DNA of 64,000 nucleotides, taken from contig NC_043005.1 in assembly GCF_006345805.1 (NCBI RefSeq), positions 2,728,001 through 2,792,000 of the forward strand. The letters run 5' to 3'. The stretch comes from Octopus sinensis. Its lineage: Eukaryota. Each line of letters begins with the position of its first letter. Positions within the stretch are counted from its first letter, which is position 1. Below, piece after piece: positions 25,311 to 36,412 of this stretch. A model generated the notes under the pieces. The model ran no database searches. It was not told the DNA's origin and worked only from the letters and a program-made list of their open reading frames with translations. The position numbers were made by a program, and so were the translations under genes.

Positions 25311-25442
25311 CTTGTTGTCTTGGAGCTGAGGTGAAGTTGAAAAGTCAGTGGCCGCCACTTCAGAGACTGGTTTCTCACTGGTGGTCGTCGTGTTTGGTTG
25401 TTGGGGGAAAAGTGGAAACAACGTCGCCTCTTCTCTTAACAT
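25311..25442 (-). CDS. Probable first coding exon of the Mlx/Mondo-like bHLH gene (MLREEATLFPLFPQQPNTTTTSEKPVSEVAATDFSTSPQLQDNK)
   Basis: ATG at 25442 in GCGATCATGT context, CpG-rich region, donor AAG|GTAACA at 25311, phase 0 and compatible with the exon at 17252. The frame is open upstream to 25787, so the start codon is uncertain. Linkage to the downstream exons is inferred. Confidence 0.6.
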
Positions 25443-28074
25443 GATCGCTTGACGTCGGCAGCCCGGCAAAGTCGTTGCTGTCGAGCCAGGTTTGGATGGA
25501 GCTAATTGCGTGTTTAGTGAAAGAGTGAGAGATGGAGAGAAGAAACACAAAATTCTCAGTGAAGGAGGGTTAGGGTGGCGGAGAAGACGGCGACCGACCC
25601 GACACAAATCCCAGCATGCCTCACTCATATCTCCCCTTCCCTCTCTCTCTACCTCTTCTTCTTTATTCTTTAACTTCTCTCGTTCTCTTTTAATTCTCTT
25701 TATTTCCTGAAATTTTCCAGGTTTCTTCCCTCTCGTAATAACCTTGTTTCTATATTTTCTCCCTTTGAGTTCGTTTTTCCTTTCCACGGAATTTCCTCAG
25801 ATTACCTGGTGGTTTTTTCTCCAAAACCCCTTCTATCACATTGTCCCCACCACCTTTCTCCCTCTCTGGAACCTTTATGTCCCATGATTCACACCAAATC
25901 TTTATTTACCTGATCTTTTTGCCTTGTTCTCTCCGTTCATCTTCATTAAAGATCTTTCTCACCCCTCATTCTATACTCTCCCCCATTTCCCCCCACTGCC
26001 TCCTCTTCTTTTCATTCTTCGATTTTGTATAAAGTGAGGAAGCTAATGTATTATGTGATGTCTACATTGTTTTAGGACTCGGTAAGGGAAGAGCAGCCCT
26101 TCGCGACCTTTTTTGCAGTTTTCTAGACTGAAGTGGGTGGGAGAGGTCCCAGTAGTAAGGGTACGGGTATGTAGAAAGAAGATATTATGTAAGGCAGTTA
26201 GGTGCTCCCCTCCATGTTTTGTGTCCTCGTAACTTTCTGGAAATTTCATACTTTTATATGAAATTTTGCAGAGACCCTTTCCAGTGTGTAGGTTATAATT
26301 ATGTTGAAATTAAGAATTTACTTTTTAGGGGTTTCGATAATCATTTTGTTTGGGACATTAACATTACGTAATCTACACTCGAAAATGTATATTTGCAAAA
26401 TGTCTTTTAAAAATATGTATTTTATTGAGATTAAGGTAACAGAAATTGGGGCTAATGTAGAATCGCACCTCTCCTGGAAAAATGCATTTTTTAAAAAAAA
26501 TTTCCGATCCCCAATTTAAAATTGGGGGAGGGGTGAAATTTGGGCCCCTTATTAAACTTTATAACAGTAATTATTAAATATTGTTTTTTTTTTGTTTTTG
26601 TTTTTTTGTATATTTGTAATCTCCAACATCTAAAACGTAGGAATCCAAAAAACAAATTTCAAAGAAATTCATTTGTCAGGGACAGGTGCGATTCTGCATT
26701 AGCCCCGAAAATATATACCTGGTATATTTCATGTATGAAATGTACATTTTTTTTTTTTTCTTCAAAAAGTTTATACCACACAAGTAGAGAGAGAGAGAGA
26801 GACCTCCGTGCGTATATATGTGTAGGCATACACTTTTAAATCGGTAAAAAAAGTTATGAAAATTACTCAAAGTTCAATTACTCATTTCAGGAACTTTCTG
26901 CCCATTAAAATGCATACGTGTGTGTGTGTGTGTTTATATGTATGTATTGTGTACGTTTTCCAGTACAGAGTGGAGGTGAGGGAGGGGGCAGTTTGTATTT
27001 TCTCAATTCCTCATTGACACGTTGCGATAAATATTTATTAATGTCCACCTTTGAATTTCTTTACATGATTCACGTAGGGAAACCCAGAAGAGTTTCAGAA
27101 TGTTGCATTTATAGGGATAGAAGTTAGGGTTATTGGGGTCTTTAGGGATACGGGTATTGTTATTTAACCCTAGGTCAGTTGTGATGAAGCATGTAAATTA
27201 TCAGAGGCATTCCAACTATAAACATTTCGTTTGCTTAAATTATTTAGGGCTTCAATATCCGAGCTGTCCTTTTTTTCTAAGACGGTAGGATGTGAGTCAA
27301 GGGATTTGGCTGCTATTTCTCACAGGCTGTCTAGCAATATAGAACTCCCACGTTGTGTGATGCTTGTGTTGCTGCTATCGTGTTACTTGTGCCAACATGG
27401 GAAACCATTCATAATATAAAATCATGGGTCGGCACAAGAACTAAATCATTATTCACAGCTGTTTTTTAAGTAAGGATTGCATTTTCCATTCTTAGTTTCG
27501 GTTGACTAAATATAGGATCAACCGTTCCAGTCGTGACCATCCCATTTTTTAAAAAATTTTATTCAAAGTAAAAATGGTATATAATTTGAAATAAACTGGT
27601 TACTAAGTTGTGGTTATTGCTGGAAAAGTCGAACGTAAAGGCTCACACGAGGATCGCAGTTACTTTAAGTTAAAAAAAAAAAAGGCCCACAAAACCCTGA
27701 ATTCCTAACTAGACAAATGATTACCCTGACAAATGATTACCCTTATACTAATCACATAAGTCCATGTGCCTGTTGTGGATATATTTAAATACAAGTATGT
27801 ATGTATAATAAATTTGGATATACTGTATACCTATTCTATGTATTCGTCCCTTTTTCTAGCACACATGGCGTTCCATGTTTGTGTATGTCTGTTTGCTTGT
27901 TACTTTTATGTTTCTGCTTTGGGTATCTTCCGTCGATCTTGCACCGAGATCCCATGCTTTGTGGCTAAACCCAGAAATTTGCAAACCGACGCATTAATGC
28001 ATTGGCTGAAGTTTTATAATTGACGCCAGTGCTAATGGCTGCCATCAAGCTTTAACTCGTGTCCACGTGTGTGT

Positions 28075-28440
28075 TGTGTTGTGTAAGAAGTTTACTTCCC
28101 AACCTTAGGTTCCGGGTTCAATCTCACCTCTTGACACTTTGGGCAAGTGTCTTGCACGATAGCGCCGGGCCGACCAACGCCTTGTGAATAGATTTGGTAG
28201 ACGGAAACTGAAAGAACACTGTAGTGGCTATATATGGTATATGTCTATGTGTGTGTGTTTGTACCCCCATCCCCACTGCTGGACAACCGATGCTGGTATG
28301 TTTACGTCTCCGTAACTTAGTGGTTCGGCAAAAGAACCCGATAGAATAAGTACTAGGTTTAAGTCCTGGGGTCGATTTGCTCGACTACAGGCGGTGCTCC
28401 AGCATGACCACAGTCAAATGACTGAAATAAGTAAAAGAGT
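28075..28440 (+). mobile_element. CORE-like SINE family C, near full length
   Basis: ACTTTGGGCAAGTGTCTT core and tail GGCGGTGCTCCAGCATGACCACAGTCAAATGACTGAAA. Confidence 0.85.
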
Positions 28441-29490
28441 ATATATCACACACGACTATTGAAAAAGCTGCAACGGAAATTTTAGAAAACATCTATAACT
28501 GAATATATATATTCACGCCACACAGAAAGATAGGCGTGTGTGTTGTATAAGGGTCCATTAATGCTATTTTAGTTTTTAAGACCAGTACAACTAACTCTGT
28601 CACCAACTTTGATTTATTGATTTATTGTAGGCAAAGTGTGTAAAAGCTATTGATATAAGAATCGATTACGTGTGTGATGTGATTTACGACACGTGGCGGG
28701 AGTGACAGATGCAAATAAAACAGACCATCGTTTTGGGGTGGGCGACCTTCCATTCAGAGAACTGGTGTAAGAGATTGATAGAGAGAGGCACACAATAATT
28801 ATAACCCAGGCATGTAAATTCCAACGTCTTCGTCCACGTTTCTATGTCCCAAATATGGAGTGATGTGCTGTAAAAATAGACCAGTGTTACATTATCGCAT
28901 GTTTTCGGGGTTTTTTCCTATGCTATAATAATTATAAAAATTCTACCAGCCGGGCTCTTCACTTCGTTTATCAACACAATTCTTGAGAACGTCTATGTTA
29001 TTAGTCAACACACTAGAAATAGCAGCCAAGTCTCTCATCTCGCGTTTTTATCTTGAAATGAGGGAATTACATATTAGATAACATACTCTGACCAGACATT
29101 ATGATCGCGGCTAGAATGATTACTTTTGATAAAGCTGACCAACACTTGTAGGGTAGACTCGATACAGAATGACGTGGCGGCCACCCTGCCATGTCGATGT
29201 AGGTTTTATCTCTATTTAGAACAGCTGCTTTTTTTTTATTATACGGATTGGTTGGTGGAAATGCATGAACTTCACATTTCAGATCTTGTTTCTTTAATCT
29301 TTCAGATGTTAGGCCAATCTAAGAAATCTTATGCTGTTGTTAATTAACATGGACTTTGTATACACGTGTGGAGGACAAACACACCTTTGGTCTCCATTGT
29401 CGAAAATGTCGCAGATGTACGGGGTCTGTAACACCACCCGCCTCTCTCTCACACACACACAATTCATACCTCACTCTTTCTCTCCTTCTA

Positions 29491-29536
<46 letters not shown>

Positions 29537-29589
29537 GCGCTGTTGTACGGGAAATAATGAAATTAGTCACAGTAAAAGATTTATTTAGG

Positions 29590-29905
29590 CGGAGGAGTGG
29601 CTGTGTGGTAAGTAGCTTGCTTACCAACCACATGGTTCTGGGTTCTCATCCCACTGCATGACACTTGAGGCCTTGTGAGTGGATTTAGTAGACGGAAATT
29701 GAAAGAAGCCCGTCGTATATATATGTGTGCGTGTTTGTCCACCAACTGATGTCAGTGTGTTTACGTCCCCGTAACCTAGCGGTTCAACAAAAGAGCCCAA
29801 TAGAATAAGTACTAGGCTTACAAAGAATACGTCCTGGGGTCGATTTGTTCGACTAAAGGCGGTGCTCCAGCATGGCTGCAGTTAAAATTACCTAAACAAA
29901 TAAAA
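29590..29905 (+). mobile_element. CORE-like SINE family C with internal deletion
   Basis: GGCTGTGTGGTAAGTAGCTTGC head; same tail. Confidence 0.85.
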
Positions 29906-31509
29906 GAAAAGAATAAACGAATGGTGTGGTGAGTTGATGGCTGGTACGGCAGCCGGACTTGTATTAAATTACTTGACTACAAAGCAAAACGTTTCAAATT
30001 ATTTGACTAATACAATAGAATACTGGTGTACTTTCACCAGATCTTTTTTGTTTTTATTAATTCTAAAAACCTGTAATCTTGGTTATAGTCTGTGGTGCTA
30101 TGATCAAGAAACCCTCCAACTCCCGAAGAATCAATTTTAAGATGTCTCTGTAAAAAGGCAGGATCCACCAGGGCTCAAGTTGAGCAACTTTTAATGCTTG
30201 TCCAGTATTGATGGTCACGGGAAACTTGAAGAAATGGTAAATAAGTCAGTTGGCTTCAGAGGTATTCTGGGAACGAAATAATTGTGTCCAGCACCATTTT
30301 GTAATAGACTGTTTCTCCTGGGCCGAGTTTTGGGGATCCACAGTGTACTTTCAAGGGAAAATTGGCTGCTATTTCTACCAGATGTCTACAATATAGAAGT
30401 CGAACATAAAGCAGTAGGATATGATTTGAGGGAAAATTGGCTATTATTTCGACGAAATCGAGATAACTTATAGAGCCTCCCACGTTAGCTCATACATAAA
30501 ATTATGAAATGATATTAGGGTGATTTGGTTACTATTTCCGGTAAGTCGAGCTACCATGTAAAGGTCTACTTTGGCTCATAAATATATATATATAGTATTG
30601 CGTGGTTTGAAGGAGATTTGGCTGTTAACTCTAGCGTGTCTAGCAGCCACGTAGTCCACCCGTCGTTAGCTCATGCGACAGTAGGACGTGGCTTATGAGA
30701 GATTTAGCTCCTTTTCTATCAGATCAAATTACTAGGTTGAGGTTCCCTTGTGGATTAAAAACAATGGGGTGTAGTTTCTAATGCCATGCAGAAGTCTTCG
30801 TTTATCAGATTGATTACAGGAGAGGGGACACAAAAGGAAGTTACTGGAAGAAGATATCCTTACATTTTTCGACGCCATTACGAACATTTAAAAACCCAAT
30901 TCAAACATTGCAGATGTATATATATCGAATTAAATATATAGACGTTCAGTGTAATATAACAAATATAAATATTTATAGTCTTGTTGGCAACGTTTTGTAG
31001 TTTTTGAATGGAACGCATCCAGAAAATTCATGTTGGATTATGTGTGTCGTTTTTCACATTGATCCAAGACAAAGGTTGTGACCCCTATCATTGATATAGA
31101 AGTGGTCCTCGAGGAAATCCCTCTCGTATATGTGTGTGTGTGTCAGGTCGCTCTTGTGCTACAGGTAACATGTAACCCAGTACAACTTGTTGCACGGTCG
31201 GATCGTCGGCGACTAAACCGGCAACCCCACCCAGCTTGTTAGATGAGGAGGGTGGTTTTTGGACACGATGTGAGATGAAAAGCACACCCATCATAGGGTG
31301 GAGCAACTCAGTGAAGTCAACAGCCACCCAATATAATCGAGGGGTAGATGGTGCTCACTAGTTGTAATAAAGACAATCCATTTGGGAGAAGGAAATCTTT
31401 GAAATAAAAGCCATTCAGTGAGGACTTGCAACCAGACGTTACTATTTTGCACAGAAAAGATTATGATATAGATTCGTCTGCAGATCACTGAAATGCATAT
31501 ATATATATA

Positions 31510-31680
31510 TAGTTGAAATTTGCAAAAGACGAAGACAGGTGTATTAGTTTGACGTTCGGGAAGGTGGGAAAGTCTTTTGCGTTTCGAGTCTATGCTCTTC
31601 AGCAGAAAGGAACGCGAGAAAATGTCACTGTATCCGAAAAAGAAGCCAACTCTTAGGCATAGAGCAGCAATGTATTTAAA
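31510..31680 (-). mobile_element. Short Penelope pLTR-like element with hammerhead-like motif
   Basis: Homologous to 41690-41880 and 48830-49020; adjacent to (TA)n; minus strand CTTTCTGCTGAAGAGCATAGACTCGAAACGCAAAAG. Confidence 0.6.
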
Positions 31681-33779
31681 AGTAGTTAAGTCTATGTCCT
31701 CCGGTCACAGAGTGACCAATGGTTTCGCATCCATAAAGAGCCTAGCCCCATGGACGGCTTGTCAGACTTTAAAGCCGAAGACAAGTATAACTCTTTACCT
31801 TTGGGAGGTAGGAATCTGGCTTTAGAGTCTAAATAGACGTTCGCAGGGATGCGAAACCGTTGGTCACTCTGTGACTGGACATAGACTTAACTGATTATAA
31901 ATATACACACACGCACTCACGATGGGTTTCTTTGTTTTCGTCAACCAAATCCACTAACAAGGCTTTGGTTGGCCAGTGGCTGACTGAACCCGGAACCATG
32001 TGGTTGGGAAGCAAGCTTCTTATCACAACCACACAGCCACGCCATAGAAAGAGATAGAGATATTAGTTTTCCTTCAATGACCCAAAACTGAAAATTCTAC
32101 GAGAAGGGCCGAGTTGCCCAAGCGATTCTAATTAACTCCAATAAATTTCTTTCAAATAATCCTCTAAGTAAAACTACAGAAAAAGTAAGACACGAAGACT
32201 TGGCGTTTGGATTTCAATATGCCACATTCATGGCAATTCCTGTCAAACTATCCTTTGACCGCCGTCGGGTCTCCAGTGTTGGGTGAAAGCAGAAACTTTC
32301 TTTTCATCTGTCAGAATATAAAGACCCTTCTTTCGAGTGGGCGGTGTCGGCTGCTTCAACCAATTACTATTTTATTTATTGATTTTTTTTGTTTTTTGCC
32401 TTGTTAAAATGTCGAGTAAGCAACTAGTGAATTTGAAACTTACTCGAACCCTTCTTTTATTTTCTCCACAATAACATCTTTTATTTCATTTCGTTATTGT
32501 GGTTTCATAAGGACAGACAAGTTCCTCTCTCGAATTTCATTTAACATTATTATCATTGCAATGTTGGAGCAAATAGCAGAAGAGGAAGAACTGCTATTTC
32601 AGAAAACGACACCTGATAGCGAAACAATGAGCCAGCCGGCGGCTTTGCTAGGCTGGCTCACATTTCAGGTGTTGCTATACATAACCACACAAGTGAATGC
32701 ATTCTCTGCAATGCGAGATATCTTCCCATCAGCCACAGTCAGAGTAGACGTTCTTTGTGTGTGTGTGTGTGCGCGTGTGCCTTTATCTTTTGTATATGTG
32801 TATCTGAGTTTTACATCGCATAAAGGAGAAAAAGGTGTATACATAAATACAGTGTGTTGTGGAAAGAATATAAACGAAAGCATCGTGAAAACATATAATT
32901 TCAAAAAAGGAATCTTGGAAGAGTCTTTTATGGTAAGGGTTTTATTCCGAGTGAGTTAAGGCTTAAGAAACATCGCAATTTGTGCAAGAACACAAGACAC
33001 CAATCTAATATTTATTTTGATATAAAGAAAAGCTGCTACGACAAAGCAGCGTCCTGTTCAAAGGGAAATGCCGTAATCTCAGTAATACGGCATGGAAACC
33101 GGGTGAATCTCCGGCGTTTTGAGTCCGCGGATCCAAAGCTTCCAAATACGCCACCTTCGAAATCACGAGCAAAAACACTCTATTGTACCAGTTTGATATT
33201 TAGAGGTTCTCTTCTGTTGCCTGCCTAAAGAAATCAGAAATATAAAAGAAACTTCTTTTGAAGCATTAAAAAGAAAGCATTGGATAAACTTGTAAGGACG
33301 AAACCGGGCCAGACAAGCATTCAGGGAAGACCGGCGGCTACAAACTCAATCATACACCAAGTAACTAGCCTGGTGAAAGAAAGAAAAAACCTGATAGAAA
33401 ATAATTAAAGCAGTGCTCCAGCATGGCCACAGTCCTACAACCGAAATTTTTAAAAGAATAAAAGAATTGGTAAATATAAAGAAATTTAAGGAATACTAGG
33501 GTGAATCGAAAAGTAATGCCATTTTGTTTAGGACAGGTAAAATTAGCAACACAGGAACATGTATCATACATCAAAATGAAGCTGGTCCTCTGTGGATCAC
33601 ATCCCTACATCTCAACAACATAGTCACGGTTTCTCTCAATAGCAATGTTCCACCTTCGAATGAGAGCAGGTATCCCTACCCCGTAAAATTCTGTTGACTG
33701 TTCTTTGAGCCACTTCTTCACTACAGTTTTCAGTTCCTCGTCACTGAATTATCATCGTCACTGAATTATCATCGTCACT

Positions 33780-34086
33780 GGACTATCATCTCTTCGGCCC
33801 CATGAAAGAGGGTTTGAGAGGCAAACATTATTTCAATGACGAGGAAGTGAAAACTGTAGTGAAGAAGTGGCTCAAAGAACAGTCAACAGAATTTTACGGA
33901 GCAGGGATACATGCTCTCATTCGAAGGTGGAACATTGCTACTGAGAGAAACTGTGACTATGTTGTTGAGATGTAGGGATGTGATCCAGAGAGGACCAGCT
34001 TCATTTTGATGTATGAAAGATGTTGCAGTGCTGCTAATTTTACCTGTCCTAAACAAAATGGCTTTACTTTTTGACTCACCCTCGTA
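33780..34086 (+). mobile_element. Mariner 3' fragment with right TIR
   Basis: DYHLFGPMKEGLRGKHYFNDEEVKTVVKKWLKEQSTEFYGAGIHALIRRW; ends ACTTTTTGACTCACCCTCGTA. Confidence 0.85.
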
Positions 34087-34469
34087 TTTCGAGTTTATAA
34101 AGGATTCGTCGTAGATAAGTATTTTATGATGGGTTATTGCTGGTAGTGTGGTTCGCTGTAAAGAAAGATCACATGTTAAGTACTGATTGAGTTTAATTTT
34201 TGATGATCAAAGATGTTCCAGCCTGGACCATCTCATCAAGTTTCTACCCACCCATCTTTTTCGGGTGGGGATGATTTCTTAAAGTGTTGCTCTCGTTGGC
34301 TTAGTGAAAATCCAGAATGGTTTTAAACTGGAATAAAAGTTAAGGTAATACATTCCATGTTTCTGGTTTCGCTCATTGGACTGCGTCCATGCTGAACGCC
34401 ACCGTCATAAGTTCTGAGTCTGGACGTCCAGAGAACGTGGGTTGGGCATCGTTTGTTAATCTGGCGGTG

Positions 34470-34790
34470 AAGGCGCATGGATTAGTGATTGGGGTATACG
34501 GTTCATGATCATAAGGTCGGGAGTTCGGTTCCTGGCGGTGCGTTGAGTCCTTCAGCAAGACACTTTTATATCACGTGACCCCAGTCCATTCAGCTGGCAA
34601 AAATGAGTTGTACCTGTAATTCACAAGGGCCGGCCTTGTCACATTTTTTGTGTCACCCTCAGAACTTTGTTAAGTGTACACGTGTCTGTGGAATACTCAA
34701 CCACTTTTTCATTTCACGAGCAGACTGTTCTACTGATCGGATCGACTGGAACACTCGTTGTCGTAATCGATGGAGTGTTAATCCGATTCT
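34470..34790 (+). mobile_element. tRNA-derived SINE family D
   Basis: GGCGCATGG head and CCTTCAGCAAGACACTTT...CAGTCCATTCAGCTGGCAAAAATGAGT body; homologues at 56430-56620 (-) and 56935-57120 (+). Confidence 0.7.
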
Positions 34791-35925
34791 CGATAATTAT
34801 TGATGAGGCGAAAAGAAACTAAAAAATTAACTTCTCGACTGAATTTTGCTACAAAATACTTCCTTGTTTTATGTTGAAAACATTTGCAAAATTTTTTTGC
34901 GAATTCTTTAACTAGGAATGCATATAACAATTATTAGAGAATGTGGAGGCGAGGGTTGTCAGCCACATTTGTGGGTGGGGCAGCACTTTTGAGTCTGCTT
35001 TATAAGCTCGGGGGAAATAGTGGGGGTCACAAACCGTGGGTCTGTTTTGGGGTGGCAAAGATCTACGCCACTAACACCCATTATATGTCGTTCTATGGAT
35101 TCTAGACTGATTTCTCTGCCCTTGTCTCGTTATGTAAGAGAAGTTCTGTCTTCAGCTGGGATTCTTCTTACATTCCTTTTTCTTGTCAGGAATGTCGAGC
35201 CTTATTGACATCGCTTGTGTGGTTGCAGGTATTTCATCTGTGAGGTGTGGGCGTGGAGATGTTTACGAACAAACAAAACAGGTTCGTGATGAATGCAAAC
35301 AGACGCGTTGGGAATGGCTTAGTTTGTGCAATTTATGCAACATATGCAGACGTCTGTGAATAGGTGTGCACGCGTATATATAAAAATATATGTGCCTTTG
35401 TGTATGTGTATGTTTGTATGTGTAAATATATATGGCAGAGAGTCTATATGAATGTATATGCCTGTATATCTGTGTGTGTCTGCATGTATATGTATGGAAA
35501 TCTGTCTGTTCGTATAAAAAAATGTATTAGTCTGTATGTGTATGTACAATTGCGCGCGTGTGTGTGTTATACAGCAATTTGGTAAAGAACTGCGTAACAT
35601 CTGCATCCAGTCGTGCGGTTATTTTTAATCTTCAGACATGAACCGACAGTTCAGGCTCCAAATTACTGTCTGTAAATTATATAATAAAACACACACACAC
35701 ACACACACATTTATGAACGAAAAGATAATCAGCGAACATGGCAAAGACGAAGTCCCTCCGTCGTCCGATGGATTTAACATTGAATAAAATATCAAAAAAA
35801 TAAAAATCAAAGTTCTCTGCAATCTAAAGTCACCGTCTTTCAGTGATATCAAAAGATAAAAAAAGGCCTCTCGAGAAGACGCCACGACAATGGGAAGACG
35901 CTAAATAGATTTTTAGCGTGTGTAA

Positions 35926-35962
<37 letters not shown>

Positions 35963-36339
35963 AATATTAGCTTAAGGTGAGCCGCTCTACGCGCGGGTGA
36001 GGGTGCGGTTGTTACTTTCTGTTGCTTCCTTTCAGTTTCTTATCGCCACATTCTCCCATTTTCCCACTCTCTTACTCTTCTCGGACCCTCCTTCGCTTTC
36101 TCTTACTCTATCTTTCTCTATCTATCTCTCTCCTATTTATAAAAAAATTAGATTTCCGCGCTTAAATTACTGATCCGACTCCAGTTTACCATGTTCAAAA
36201 TTAGATTGAACTCGGGCAAAAGGAGTCCAACCTTAAAACAACTTGGCGATTCGCCAATCGAGATCGATAAAATGACAGCGGTTCACCAAAGGAGATCGAT
36301 AAAATAACTTAGAGGTTCACCAAACATGATCGATAAAAT

Positions 36340-36372
36340 ACATGTATGTATGTATATATATATATATGTATG

Positions 36373-36412
<40 letters not shown>

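Noticed and set aside
32625-32662. SECIS element (ATGA followed by a stem)
   Set aside because: The 3' side is Watson-Crick TCA rather than the non-canonical GA quartet, there is no apical AA motif, and no selenoprotein CDS is nearby.
32561-32959. 132-aa plus-strand ORF
   Set aside because: No recognisable domain, runs through a (GT)n repeat, and has no supporting exon structure.
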